DNA from: Harriotta raleighana
Lineage: Eukaryota
Length of the DNA stretch: 64,000 nt
Direction: 5' to 3'
Assembly: GCA_050575255.1 (NCBI GenBank)
Contig: JBNZDD010013669.1
Location: 1,012,116-1,076,115 of the forward strand
Of this stretch, positions 50,686 through 63,763 are shown in pieces; the stretch's first letter is position 1; each line of letters begins with the position of its first letter. The notes beneath the pieces were generated by a model. That model was not told the origin of the DNA. It did no database searches and saw only the letters and a list, made by a program, of their open reading frames with translations. Both the position numbers and the translations under genes were made by a program.

Positions 50686-51577
50686 CAACTCTCTACTCCA
50701 GGACTACCACTGTCCTGACAGACTGTCTATCAGACATCAAGTCCTGGATGAGAGCTAACTTTCTACAGTTGAATGACAATAAGACCGAGGCCCTACTGAT
50801 TGTCACGAAGCGCCTCCTTGCATCAGGTGCTGGCTGCATCAACCTCCATGGTTGCACACTCAACCTCACCAAGCCAGTCAGGAACCTAGGTGCCTTGTTC
50901 GACCCTCAACTGTCTTTCCTCTCTCACATCCAAGCAATGACTCGCTCTGCCTTTCACACCTCTGCAACATTTTCCGACTCCGCCATTACCTCACCCCTAA
51001 AGCCGCTGAAACCCTCATCCAAGACTTTATTACATCCTGGCTCAATTATGCAAACGCCTTGCTGGTCGGCCTCCTCAATTCATCCCTCCACAGGCTGTGG
51101 TTAATCCAAAATTCTGCAGCCTGTGTCCTCTACCTTTCCAAACTCCGTGACCCCATCTCCCCCATCCTTGCCTGACTCCATTGGCTCCCTATCACCCAGA
51201 GGATCCAATTCAACATCTTGGTCCTCACATATCAAGCCCTCCACAGCCTTGCCTCACCCTACATCCGCGACCTCCAATCCCCTTACTAACCTGCCCGCCC
51301 CCTCCGCTCAGCAGACTTTGGCCTGCTCCATGTTCCCTGACTCACCCACCCAACCATCAGCGGGCAAGCCTTCAGTCACTCTGCCTCGCACCCTCCCTGG
51401 CCTCCTTCGTGTCTCGCCTTAAGACTCTCCTCTTCAATGGTCCTATCGGCGATTCCTGCCCCCCCACCCCCCACCCCATTCTGTCCTTAGCTCGGATCTG
51501 AAGCAGTAACCTGACAAGCACCTTGGGACGTCTTCCTGATGTGAAAGGCACTATATAAATGTAATTTTGTTGTTGTT
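50686..51577 (+). mobile_element. 5'-truncated L2 LINE with a frameshifted ORF2 C-terminal region
   Basis: WMRANFLQLNDNKTEALLI..RNLGALFDPQLSF; LTPKAAETLIQDFITSWLNYANALLVGL..IQNSAA..ISPILA*LHWLP; (GTT)n tail. Confidence 0.95.
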
Positions 51578-53834
51578 ATATAAGTACAAGTTGTTGTTGT
51601 CTACCTGAATGAGTCCCATCTATCCAGAGTGATTACTCATTTTAAGTGTGACTTGGAATAGTGGAAACACACTTGTCAAGGTAGAGAATACTGACCCTTT
51701 TGAGTAATGTTTGTCTCTATGTGTGCAAGCATTGAATTTGGGAAGACTGAGATGACCAAGATAACAGTGACCTGCACTTCATCTTGAATTATGATTCTCA
51801 AAAGTGCCTCTTTAGCTTGAGAAAAATTGGTTTCACAATGTGTGAAAGTGGTGATCTAGACTCTCCCTATGGCTTTCAAAATTGTTATCATTGCCTTTGA
51901 AACATGACTTTCATCATTAGAAGAAAGGATACAATAACAAAATTACATTTGAATAGCGCCTTGCACAGTGGGAGGACAGACAGGATAATAGTTTCACCAA
52001 GCTTTAGCATCTTCTCCAGTTAGAAAATGTCAAGCAAAAATCAAAAGCTCATTAATTTTTCCATGATTTCCCTTTAGATTTTTATTTATTTATTTTACAT
52101 AAATTCCATAAATCAATTTTCCATGTACCTGTACTTCAGTTGCACCTGAATGTACTTATATTAAATTTCTGAATAGAATTGTAGAAGCTTTTAAAATAGA
52201 ATGGAAAAATCTAACTAAAATAATACCAGGGCAGTGAAAGGCAATGTGCGTCAGAAAGTATTTCTTTATGACGAATTAGAACAAAACAACTAGGAACTAT
52301 CATTGCCATTGAATTCAATGCAATGTCAGTTTGATGGAGGTTTCAGCAGGATAAAGGGGTTTGTTTTCTGAATTAATTTGATCAAATGGGACTGAAGGCA
52401 TTCTTTATACAGAGTTTACGTATCAGAAGACAGTTTAGCCTGAGATACACTTAACGAGAAGGATTTTTATATGTCTGTTTGCTTCATCAACGTAAACTTT
52501 TTTTTAATCTGCTCTCATCTTGCAGTCATGTCTCTGAATGTTGTGGTTTTTTTTTGTACATAAATTTCATAAATCCGTTTTCCATGTACAGTGCTTCAGT
52601 TGCACCTGAATGCAAATGTATTAAGTTATAAATTGTGTTACAGATCCTAATACTCCTTCAATAAATTCAACCCTTTGCGTTACTCTCCCACAAAATCCAA
52701 TTTAGTGGCTAAAATCTAGTTTTACACATTTAATAGGTTTTGTAGGGTTTTTTTGGCCAGTAGCTGTACCTTCACAGATACCAACAAATTATGGTGCTCT
52801 GGAGCTTTATCTAACTCGTACAGATGGTTTTCACTGACTTCCACCTGACTGTTTGCAAGTTGTGCCTGATTAGCTCTATGTCATATTTGACATGTCAAAA
52901 TTGAGTTAGTTGATGTGAATAAGCACTCATCATGTGCTGCCTTCTGTGTTGGGAAAAATGAATTATGGCTCAAAGTCACAAAACATGACTCTCCTTTTCC
53001 ATATTTACTTCCTAAGAAAACATGAGTGGTGAGGAAGAATTAAGCTCAAATAATTTGGAGAACTGAAATAAAATCAAAACTGAGATTGAATTTTAAATAT
53101 TGCCTTGAGATTTTGGTGTGACGTGGCATTAAAGTACCTGTTAACACATCTGCAATAAACAGAGGTTAAAATAACATCTTAGAAACACAAATTGAAAGAA
53201 CGGCAACAAAAGTGATCAAAGCATGATTGTTGAAGACTTGCATTTCTTCTGCAGCTAAAAAGAGACCACAGAAAGCAAATGATGGGGTGATTACTTGTAC
53301 GTTGCATTCAAAGCATGAAATCTAACAGTAAATTATACAAGATGCACAACTAAGATTGTCCATCCAGCAGATGAATTGCTGAGTTCATTTACCAGGATGC
53401 AGAGAAGCGAGAATTTATCCATTGACACTGAGACAAATTGGGTAATTGCATTTTAAGAATGAGCCAAAATAACTGCTATAAATCTTGAACCCAGCACAGC
53501 CAAAAGTCTTTAAAGCATCATGACAAATGATAAGCAGAACCTTAATTGTCATTGAATCATAGTTGGGACTTGCAGTTATGCTAAGATCTAACCACGTGAT
53601 GGTTTTCAGCAGAGAGAAAAAGATGTGGAAGTAACAATGTGGAGCATGATCCTGTTGAGATGCTTTGAATGTTTCTGCAGTTTTAAGAGCCAAGCATTGT
53701 AATTTAAAAAAAGTAACATTTCGGATGCTACAAAGATTAACTTTGCTCCTTTCAATGCTGTTCACCCAACTTAGTTTTCTGTAAGTTTGGTAGTTGAAAT
53801 ACTACCAAAGTTTGGTAGTTTATGGAAATAATGC

Positions 53835-54150
53835 GGAATCCTGGTTAGAGCACTCGATTTACAAGCCTGAGACCTGTGTTCAAATCCAGGCAGGTGAGGG
53901 TGAATCCTTGGGCAAGTTTCCTTCCTTCCCACACACCTAATAATATTCTCGCAAAAAAAACACAATAATAAAAAAATTGGTCAGTTCAATCCACGACTGT
54001 TTGTGGGACACTGCTGTGCGCAATTGGCTGCCATTTTTCGCCCACAAATATACTGTACAGTCAATTCACTTTACAGTACATTCTTTGAAACGTCTAGAAG
54101 ATGTGAAAAGTGTTGTATCAAAATGCAAGGATTACTACTATTATATTATT
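53835..54150 (+). mobile_element. Near full-length tRNA-derived DeuSINE
   Basis: TGGTTAGAGCAC..GTTCAAATCC (B box), Deu core and tail. Confidence 0.9.
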
Positions 54151-55639
54151 TAATCACACAAAGCGATTTGTGCATCAGGCTTGCTCCGAAACGAGTGAAG
54201 GGAAGAAATGGCTTGAACTGAGTTCTGTTGAATGTGGCTGTGTGCAGAGGCTGCAACAACACAGCTGTGCAAATGTTCAGGCTAATGTTTTGCAGTTTGG
54301 AAAATGTTAACTTTATACTTTGTTGTACTTTGTGTGATGTATAAATTCCATCCATCTCAAAAATAGTTCCTCCACTAGATTTTGTGAAACTACTTACTGC
54401 AGTTACTTTTTCAATGATTATCTGAAGCTTTTTCTGTTAAACTGCAGGAATGTTTAAGATTTGTAAGCGTTTTGTCTAAAGTTTTTTAAAAAAAAACTTG
54501 CTTATGTAATCTCTCTCACCCACATATTTCACTGTTTATATAAAATATCTGATCACATATATTTTGTTAGTTATGCACTTTAAACACTACAGTAATACTT
54601 TACTGAAAACTGATTTCTATGTGTGGCTCTGTATTTGAACAATTGCAACTAAAATACAAATATATTCAGGTCTAAGAGTGTGGATAAGTATCAAAATGGC
54701 CTTTTTAAAAAAAAAATCCCTACTTCCCTGTATGTATTCTTTGATCCTTAAATCCGTTCGAACCAACTGTTTAAAATTGTATTCACTTTTGCAATGTGAC
54801 AAAATGCTTTTCAGTAATTGGAACATTTTTTTTCTTAGCAGCCTCTTTATACTTTGTTACAAGCAGCAAAGTAGTTTTTAAAATCCATCATTATGGTGAG
54901 TGTCCCTTTTTTTAAAAAAAACAGTTGTGTTTAACTGTAGCATTGTGTGTGTCAATTTTTCTTGACTTTTGAAATAGTGTTCACCTTCTCTTATGAATGA
55001 TAATAAACCTTGCATTTGATACAGCACCTTATGACAATGTTAAAACGTTCACATTTTACTGTGAAGTGTAGTGACTGTGTGTTTGGAGCCTGTGTATTTC
55101 TTTCCTCTCTTCCTCATCTTCTCATCTCCCACTGTCATGGTAGGTAAACAAGTTTCCACTATAACCACCTCTTTAATTAAGATAAATTGATTCTAAAGTA
55201 ACCTTCTGCTTCCTAAAGCACAATGTTCTTTTTGCCATTTTCCCCATTGCAACAGCTTGAAGAACTCGTCTGACTCATTAACCAAGTTAAAATGGTTCAT
55301 TACCTGTTGAGTTGATTCCTTTGGATCATTGCATCTGTTCAGTTGGAGGATTCTAACTTAATCATTGGCATTACAGCAAGCTGTGAGAAAATGATACATG
55401 GTACGGTATTCCCTGGGTGGCAGTTTGTATGAATTCTCAACTTACTATTAAAATACTCCTCACAGACGCCTACGGATTATCGTTCCCATGTGTTTTTCTA
55501 CTATTGTGTAACTAGATGGGAGAGGAGGATTCCTGGATTTAAATTGAGAACTGTTACTGGTTGCAGCAGCACAAGGAACACACACTGAGACTATTTCTGA
55601 CACCAGCAGAAAAACTGTTTGTCTTTGCTGTTAAATTAT

Positions 55640-56008
55640 TATTAATAATAATATTAGGGCCTTGTCATATCACAACGCAAATCACTTCACGATAATTAGT
55701 ATAATGAATGTTTTTTGTAGGCAACTGTGGTAGATAATTTGTGCACAGTGTACCTACAGCTGGAAGTGAGTGACCAATTTAACTGGGGAGTTTGATGGTT
55801 TGGATACTAACAAAAACTCTTCTCTTTTTGAATAGGATCCTCAGGGACATACAGCCAAAATCTCTTTTTATAGCGTCTCATCTGAAGGACAATACTTCTG
55901 ACAACGCAGTACTTCCCCCTAACACTGCACTGCAATGTCAGTCCAAACTATGAGTGCAAAGTACATCTCGCTTGTAAGGCAAATGCTCTAACCACTGAGC
56001 TACAGAAC
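55640..56008 (-). mobile_element. Degenerate long DeuSINE abutting a SINE head
   Basis: TCTCATCTGAAGGACA..TGACAACGCAGTACTTCC..ACTGCACTG, then CTTGTAAGGC..CTAACCACTGAGCTAC. Confidence 0.6.
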
Positions 56009-56330
56009 TCTACATGAACGCCTATGTACATGGGATAGGTGTATTCATACATTTTTCCCTTATGTTGCAGAACAGCCAGTGGATCAAAGGATCCTTGAAA
56101 ATTTAAAGCAGCTGATTGCGAATCTGATCTGAATTACAGACTCTGACGAGATCTATTGCTGTGGAGTTAAATAAACTAAACAAGGACAGTGTCTAAGCAA
56201 TATGTGGTTCCATGTGAATGGAAGTCAATGAATGAGGGACGGCCAAGGTTTCTGAAAATAACTCATGTGAAGAGAACAATATTTAATAAGAAACCGATAT
56301 TGATTTTTATCTGCTATTGATGTTAGTGTT

Positions 56331-56631
56331 GGAGTCCTATAACTCAGTGGTTAGAGCACTTGACGAGCAAGCGAGAAACCTGGGTTCAATTCCCAGCAGC
56401 GCAAAACATTGGGCAATTATCCTTGCTCCACACGCCTAATAATAATCTCTCAAGAAAAACAATTGGTTATTGCAATGCACGCTATTTGTGGACCACTGTG
56501 CGTAATTGGCTGCCACGTTTCACCCACAAATATACAGTCAATTCACTCGGAGAAGCACTTTGAGATGTCTAGAATGTCTGAGATGATATAATGAAAAGCA
56601 TTATATCAAATGCAAGGATTATTATTATTAT
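56331..56631 (+). mobile_element. Full-length tRNA-derived DeuSINE
   Basis: TAACTCAGTGGTTAGAGCAC, GGGTTCAATTCCC, Deu core and (ATT)n tail. Confidence 0.9.
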
Positions 56632-57137
56632 TGATCCTTTGGTCAATGTTAAATTACTGGTACCCAGTTTTGCTCCTTTTAAAAAAAAATCTCTTTAGTG
56701 TTGTTGCATTTTATTTTTACACTCAAAAGTGTTGAGTTTTAGTTTTCCAAACATCCAGTTATCCGATCGGAAGCCAATGGAACAGACTGTTCCGAACAAT
56801 TTGTGTTTTGGCAAAATCTGAGAGTGAAGTTCTGAGATAGAATTGCTGAGGACTTGAAAAAATCACTTTCTGTCAAGTTTTGAGGTTGGCCACCTGTCTT
56901 CAGAAAGTATTCATGCTGGTCTGGTTTTTTCCACTAAGATTGGCAAAGCTCTTGTTTTTTTTAGATAAACATTTCCCATTTCTCTGTTTCCCTGTACACA
57001 TTTCCCACAGTACTCATTTGTTACAGTGATTCTCGGTATGACAGCACAGGTCTTTCATTTATCAGTATTCTTACCAAACGCATTGGTTAAAACATCCCAG
57101 TTTCAAGGAATTATCTATCATAACTCTCATCGCAATG

Positions 57138-57472
57138 TTATAGAATTATTGAATCCTACAGCACACAAGGAAGCCATTCAGCCCATTGAGCCTGGGCTGG
57201 CTCTTTGAAAGAGCTATTCAATTAGTACCACTCCCCTGTTCTTCCCCATTGCCTTGCATTGCTTTTCCATTTTAAGTACATAGCCAATTTCCTTTTGAAA
57301 GTTATTATTGATGCATCCACCATCCTTTCAGGCAATGCATTCCAGATCATAACAACTCATTGCGTTTTTTGAAAAAAATTCTTCTCATCCCTGGTTCTTT
57401 TGCCAATTAAATCTTGTCTCCTCTGGTTACCTGTCAGTTTCTCTAAACTTACACTATCAAAACCCTCCTAAT
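57138..57472 (-). mobile_element. CR1-type LINE 3' fragment
   Basis: ACAGCACACAAGGAAGCCATTCAGCCCATTGAG..CTTTCAGGCAATGCATTCCAGATC. Confidence 0.8.
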
Positions 57473-60396
57473 TAGTGCAATGAGTTCTCATATATAACAT
57501 TTTCAGCAGGAATCCAAAGGAAGCCCCTTTAAAAACAAAGTAGCCTGTGCTCCCTGCACTTTTGTGAAACGCAAAGGAAACAAAGAACCGCAAAGGAAAC
57601 AGGAGTCATTATTTAATCTTGATTTGAAATATTGTGCATGACATGTGGCTTGAATCTCATCTCTCTCATTTATGAAAGGTTCAACTTTAAATTGTAAACT
57701 TCTGCACTGAAGTACAAAAAAGATGCAATCTGAGGACTTGTGTGGTGATGCTCATCACCTTTTGATCTAAAGGACAAATTAGACAACAATGTAGAATTCC
57801 CTCAGGTAGCAAAATTGCAACCCATCAGTGGTTCGATATTGATTTCCTATATTATGAATTGTTCCTGAAGCATCAAATGTTTTAAAAAACCGAATCTTGC
57901 AGAAATAGATCACCAACCAGCTTTGTAAAAAAAAATTGGAGCATACAACCCATGGATTCCCACCTCTAGCTAGAACAGGATGCATTACATTAAGTGGTAG
58001 AAAGTGCAATAAATTTTTCTTTTAAAAAAATCTACTTTATTCTACTTTGTTTTTAAAGGTGCTTCCTTTCCCTCACTACTGCTTCATAACTAGAGCTTTT
58101 GTAATGATGATTGTTTCATTATAAAAACTCTCATTGAATATTCATTGTTTAGGCTAATCGTAGATTATGTCCATTTTAGTTTGAAGCGAGCGCCCAATTA
58201 ATAGTGTAGCTTGTTCAACACTCTCCTCAACAAAAGTTTAATCATATTCTTCAGTCTTTCCATCCCATCATTTGTATTATGCAGCAAAATTTCTCATTAA
58301 ACTTTGATCATTTTCTGCTTTCATTGTACATTTGTCGGCGAATCCATTAGGATCATTGTTGCTTGCTTAATCCTGTTCTAGTTATCATGGAGGAATGCAA
58401 AGTTTCCAATATCAAATCTTATTGCAGTACTTTTCCATTATAACTAAGCAATTTTCTATCCCCCAAAAGGTTTGTTCTTGAAGATTCTGGCCCTTGCACG
58501 AGGATGGTTCCACAGGTCTTGTCTTATGCTGAAGAATAGTTTCACAGACTCTGATGACTTGTGCTCAGGCATGGTTCCAAGCCCCAAACTCATGGTTGGA
58601 TATTCAATTGAATCGAGCACATTTCTCTGGAACCTCAGCCACGTTGCTGTTCTAAAAGCATAAGAATAGATGTGCAGAACAACTAGTGTGAAAATCACTA
58701 TCCAGTGCTGCAACAGCTAATGTGTTTCAGGACAGTTAATCCTTAATAAGTTTCAAATAGTTTAAGGATAGCCTTTTAGCAGATGTTATCAGCCAGGATC
58801 TCTATTTGGCAGTTTTAATTACTGTATTGGTGAAGTAAAAACTTAAATAGTGTGAACGATGCCTAATACTGCCTCAAAGTGAACTTGCGCACACTTTCCA
58901 ATTTGAAATGAATGCTGGAACGACAGTATAAACCATAAATCATGACTAAGGCACTCGTGCGATTATTCTCAAATGTAATACTTTTCCACTCCTGGCTGAT
59001 TTACACATCAGACCATGGTTATAAGTTTGGGGTGGGATGCATTGAATCATAAAATTCATGCCCCAAATTAAATTCTCTTTAATTCCGAGCAGTGATGTTG
59101 TTCTTGTCCATGCAAAAAAAAATCTTCGACACATCCCTCGAGTCTGCAAAGATAGTATTTTTCTTGAAGAAATAAAGTGACATTCCAAGTTTCAAATGCA
59201 TGCGAGGTTGGATTATAAATACAAGATTACATCGCATTTTGTGAGGAGTTGAGAAATACCTCAGCCAGTCTGTGGTGTGGTTTTAGCTCCCACAATACAT
59301 ACCAACATCTGTCTCGCAGCTGGAAGTGATTAAATTGAGTTAGAACTTCCTCTTCACAATCCCAGTCTTTTACCAAGGCCAGTTAAGTTGTTTCGGTTCT
59401 GTTTTCAGTCTGTTTCAAAATCTGCGGGAGGAAGGTCACTATCTACACTGCTGGTCAACAATTTGAGAGGAATTAGATTTGGGATTAGGAGGGAGACGCA
59501 TCTGCGTGCCTCCTTGATACAAAAGTAGGTCAGTGCTTGGTTTCCTGTGGCTGTAAGTAGACTGACTGCAATGTGATGCGTGGTATGGATATGTAGGAAT
59601 GAGTTGGTTTGTGAATTCCTCGGGAACTGGGCTGGGTTCAGTGGTCTGGATATCAGAACCAATACGTAAACAATCAAGGCAACAAAGGAAAGTTTGAAGT
59701 AATTGAGTGTTTTGTACTTGCAGGTCTGCAGCAGCAATGTGCTGTAGCTACACGTCCCATGAGGTTTAAATTAGTGAACTGAGGAATGATTCAGAGAAGC
59801 GGAGATAGTTGATTCACCAGATGTTATATTTTGAAATGTTTTCCGATCATTGCTTTTAACTTTTTAAACAGAATTAACAGCATGAAAAGCCATTGTGTGT
59901 ATTTCTGGTGACACGTTGAAGTTAAATAAATGTGCACGTCTTGTGTTTAAAAAAAAATGGATTTAATGGCTTCAGCATTATAATGGCTTCAGGGATATTG
60001 TGGTTCAAAATTTGAATTTGATCTTTCAGAATCATTCTTTTTGACATCCAGGAGTTTGATGCCCACNACAGAATTAACAGCATGAAAAGCCATTGTGTGT
60101 ATTTCTGGGACACGTTGAAGTTAAATAAATGTGCACGTCTTGTGTTTAAAAAAAATGGATTTAATGGCTTGAGCATTATAATGGCTTCAGGGATATTGTG
60201 GTTCAAAATTTGAGTTTGATCTTTCAGAATCATTCTTTTTGACATCCAGGAGTTTGATGCCCACTCACTGTGTTTGATAATTTCCAGTTTCAGTTGCTGA
60301 GAACTCACAAAGTTTCCCATTGCTAGAGTTGAAATGCGCAGTCTCTACCTGAAGGAGAGATATATAGAGAGAAAGGTGCACCGAATGTTGGAGAAT

Positions 60397-60981
60397 CCCC
60401 CCAGAGGATCGAATTCAAGATCCTCGTCCTCACTTTCAAGGCCACTCACAGCCTAGCCCCCGCCTATCTCTCTGATCTGCTGACTCCCTATCAGCCTGCC
60501 CACACCCTCCATTCAGCAGACTCAGGCCTGCTCCGTGTCCACAGTCTTAACCACCCAACCATCGGTGGCCAGGCTTTCAGCCTCTCTGCCCCCACACTAT
60601 GGAACTCNAGCCCCCGCCCATCTCTCTGATCTGCTGACTCCCTATCAGCCTGCCCACACCCTCCATTCAGCAGACTCAGGTCTGCTCCGTGTCCACAGTC
60701 TTAACCACCCAACCATCGGTGGCCAGGCTTTCAGCCTCTCTGCCCCCACACTATGGAACTCCATCCCGCAGTCCCTCCGCCTTGCTTCCTCCCTTTCCTC
60801 CTTCAGGGCTGATCTCAAGACTTTCCTCTTCGACTCCCCCCTGACCCCTCTCCCACTCTCCTCCCCCTTCCCCCTACCCTTGACCCTCCCCCACTGTTCG
60901 GGTCCCGACCTGACTGTTCAGCGCTTTGGGATGTCCTCCCAACGTGAAAGGCGTTATACAAGTGTAATTTTGTTGTTGTTA
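60397..60981 (+). mobile_element. L2 LINE 3' end (internal duplication across N60608)
   Basis: PQRIEFKILVLTFKATHSLAPAYLSDLL..LHSADSGLL..GGQAFSLSAPTLWNSIPQSLR..FRADLKTFLF; (GTT)n tail. Confidence 0.95.
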
Positions 60982-61076
60982 TTGGGTTGACAGAAGACTC
61001 TGGACATGCCAAAGTGCTTATGAAGTAGTTTATAGCTAAAAGCGCACATATTATTATTACGAGTACAAAGCTTTTA

Positions 61077-61125
61077 CAGTTAGGACCACCCTACACATTT
61101 ACAATTAGGACCACCCTACACATTT
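61077..61125. repeat. Two-copy tandem repeat of about 25 bp
   Basis: ACAGTTAGGACCACCCTACACATTT followed by ACAATTAGGACCACCCTACACATTT. Confidence 0.85.
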
Positions 61126-61925
61126 GTGATTTGGCTTTCAGATTTATGAAGAGCCAAGGAGGAAGAATACCCAATGATATTTATTTGAGGGAGTGGGGCT
61201 TGGGGTGGGGAGAAGATAACTCTATGGAGTGGATCCCATTATAACATAATAATTGGAAATCTTTAAAATAAATGCATGTTATCTATTGTCGTAATGAAGC
61301 ATGTTATAACAAGGTTCTGCTTGTAGGTAAATCCTACAAGATTTCTGCTGACACAATTTACTGTATCTAGCCTGTAAGATTGTTCTCTTCAGCCTATGTA
61401 TTGAACACCAGTGGCTATCCTCCTTGGTGAGATGGGGGTGGGGGATAAGCAGATCTGTTACTCTCTTGCAACTATAAGTTTTTGTCCTCTTGTTCTATTG
61501 TCTCGAAGTATCTGAACATATTGTACTGAGTTTACTTTCTCCATTTCATTTCAGGCTAGTTAATTGAATTATTGCTCTTAATTCATTTGTCTAACGTGGG
61601 GATTGTAGCTGTTGCTCTCCTCTGCACTACCTCTAGGGCCTGAGGAACCCTCTTATGTGACTATCTAATCTGATCGGGACACTGCGAGTGGAAGTAGGTC
61701 CATTTCTTTGCTAAACTGGTAAAGGTACATCACTTGATTCCCAGGAAAAGTCGCCAATATTATTTCGCTGTTAGTGATCAGAGATTGCCCCTCCCCCTTC
61801 CTTCCCCACAATTCTACTTGAAAAGATTATATATTACATAACTAGACCCATACTTGAATGATACGTTATATTTATTGCCAGTTAGAAGAGAGAAAAAGCT
61901 ACATTGCCTGCTTTATCTCCAACTA

Positions 61926-62272
61926 CAGTTAACCCTTGTCGAACGCGGGGGTTACGTTCCTGAAAAACTGCACACTCAGTAAAATCGGTTGGGTAAGTTT
62001 AACAAGTAATGGGAAAAGGGGGGTTAGGGGAATCCAGCCACAGGCTACCTACCTCAAGCCTCCAGGCAAATCCACACCCGACCAATGCAAGGTACCTACT
62101 GAGGTGGGCTACAGCCAGCTGGCCCACTCTCCCCCTTCTCCCTGCTCTTGTCTCCCCTATCACCCGGGAAGTGGGCAAATTGTGGGGAGCTTGGGAGGGA
62201 GGCAGAGAGCAACCAGGGAGAAGGGCAGCTGGAGATGGGAGAGAGCAGCCGGGAGAGGAGAGGGCTCATAAC
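61926..62272 (+). mobile_element. Tigger-like MITE (family C), left part only
   Basis: TA|CAGTTAACCCTTGTCGAACGCGGGGGTTACGTTCC. No right TIR found. Confidence 0.85.
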
Positions 62273-62959
62273 TAGGATCATCCAAACGGTAATATTGCAG
62301 CAGCCACAGTATAACATGTATATTCCCTATCATTAGGGCTTTGTATGCTTTCATAAACATATTTGTTGTCCTGCCTAGGAGACCTCACTGATTTGTAGAT
62401 CAAGTGATTTGCTTCTGTTTACAGTAATTGTAGTTTTCAGACTCTGGTTTTAACAATTTCTTTTGATCATAAACAAGAACAAATTGTTTAAGGATATGTG
62501 CAGCAATATCTTTTGCAGTGATTCCTGCAATGCAAACTATGTTACAAAAATCAATAATTATTCTACTAAGATGACAGGAAATTTACGACTTCCTTTTGAG
62601 TAGTGATTCTTCAGGCTTATTTTTAATTAGTTTAACCTCTGAAACTATACTAACTGTCTTGGAAGTCATAGCTTTCACACAATAAATAAGGAAGAATTGC
62701 AGCAGAAGATTAATTGACGGTAACCAAAAATTGTGGATCAGAATCAATCTTGTATGAATGTGAAGGAACAATCCAAAACTGATGGGGAGTTGCAGTAGAA
62801 GAGCCATAGTAAAGTACAGTGGTATTAATGTTTGATGTAACTGTCAATGAAGAAGTGCAGTAAAGATAAGATTTTAAAAAAAAAGTCAAATAACGGATAG
62901 AATTATAATCTTTCCCTCTGGTAAAGCACCATTCACATCAGGAGGATGTCTTGAAGGGC

Positions 62960-63172
62960 TTCATAGTACATGCTGTAAAGTAGTTATTATTTATTTTGAA
63001 GGCAAACATGACAGCTACTTTGCACACAAACAGTCATGATCTGAAGGACCAATTTCATTTGGGGATTGTTGGCTAAGACATCATAAGAAACTTCCTTCGC
63101 TTTTCCTGTAATACCGTGGGATTTTTAATGTTTACCAAAACAGGCAGGTGGGACCTAGGTTTTACATTTTGT
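62960..63172 (-). mobile_element. Degenerate long DeuSINE
   Basis: CACAAACAGTCATG..TGTTGGCTAAGACA..CCGTGGGATTTTTAATG; inverted relative to 63225-63535. Confidence 0.65.
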
Positions 63173-63224
63173 GTCAGCCTGGCATAATGGTAGAACTCTT
63201 GGGGTGGATAGGCGGGGGGGACGA

Positions 63225-63535
63225 GGAGTTGCATTGTTAGAGGGGTTACTGTCTTTCGAATGAGATGTTAAACGGAAGTCCTGCCTGTCCGATCAGGTAA
63301 AATTTAAAGATCCCATGGCACTGTTCAAAAAGTGAAGGGAGTTTCTTTCTCCTGGTGTCCTGTCCAACAAATCTCCCAAAGTAAAATTGGTCACTCACTC
63401 CTGGCTGTTTGTGGGATTTTGTTGTGCATAACTGGCTGCTGTGTTTCACCCAGAAAACACAGTCAATTAACTTTACAGTTTTTCTATGAAGCACTTGATA
63501 AGGCATGATATCAAATGTAAAGATTATTGTTATTA
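63225..63535 (+). mobile_element. Long DeuSINE
   Basis: GTCTTTCGAATGAGATGTTAAAC..TAAAGATCCCATGGCACT..CCTGGTGTCCTG..GCTGTTTGTGGGAT, a Deu-domain-like sequence, plus the tail. Confidence 0.85.
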
Positions 63536-63763
63536 TCTTGTCTGAAGGACGGAAGCCCTTCCTCCCCAACACTTCATTGAAGTGTAGACAATATGAGTTC
63601 CAATTACTGATGTGCGGCTTGAACCCATAACCTTCTGATTCAAGGGATACAAGTGTCACACACTAAGCCTGGCATGGTCAAAAAAGCACCAAAAATTCAG
63701 CAATCTGAAATTATTTGTGTGCATGTTGGGAAAGAGAAGGAGAGTGTTTTCCTCACATTAGAA

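Noticed and set aside
59868-60264. 200-bp tandem duplication producing a 132-aa repeated ORF
   Set aside because: The copies are separated by a single N, so this is most likely an assembly overlap.
83-63659. The short ORFs in the supplied track as genes
   Set aside because: All are 160 aa or less, many start at non-ATG codons or overlap repeats, and none resembles a cellular protein. Only LINE ORF2 remnants are recognisable.
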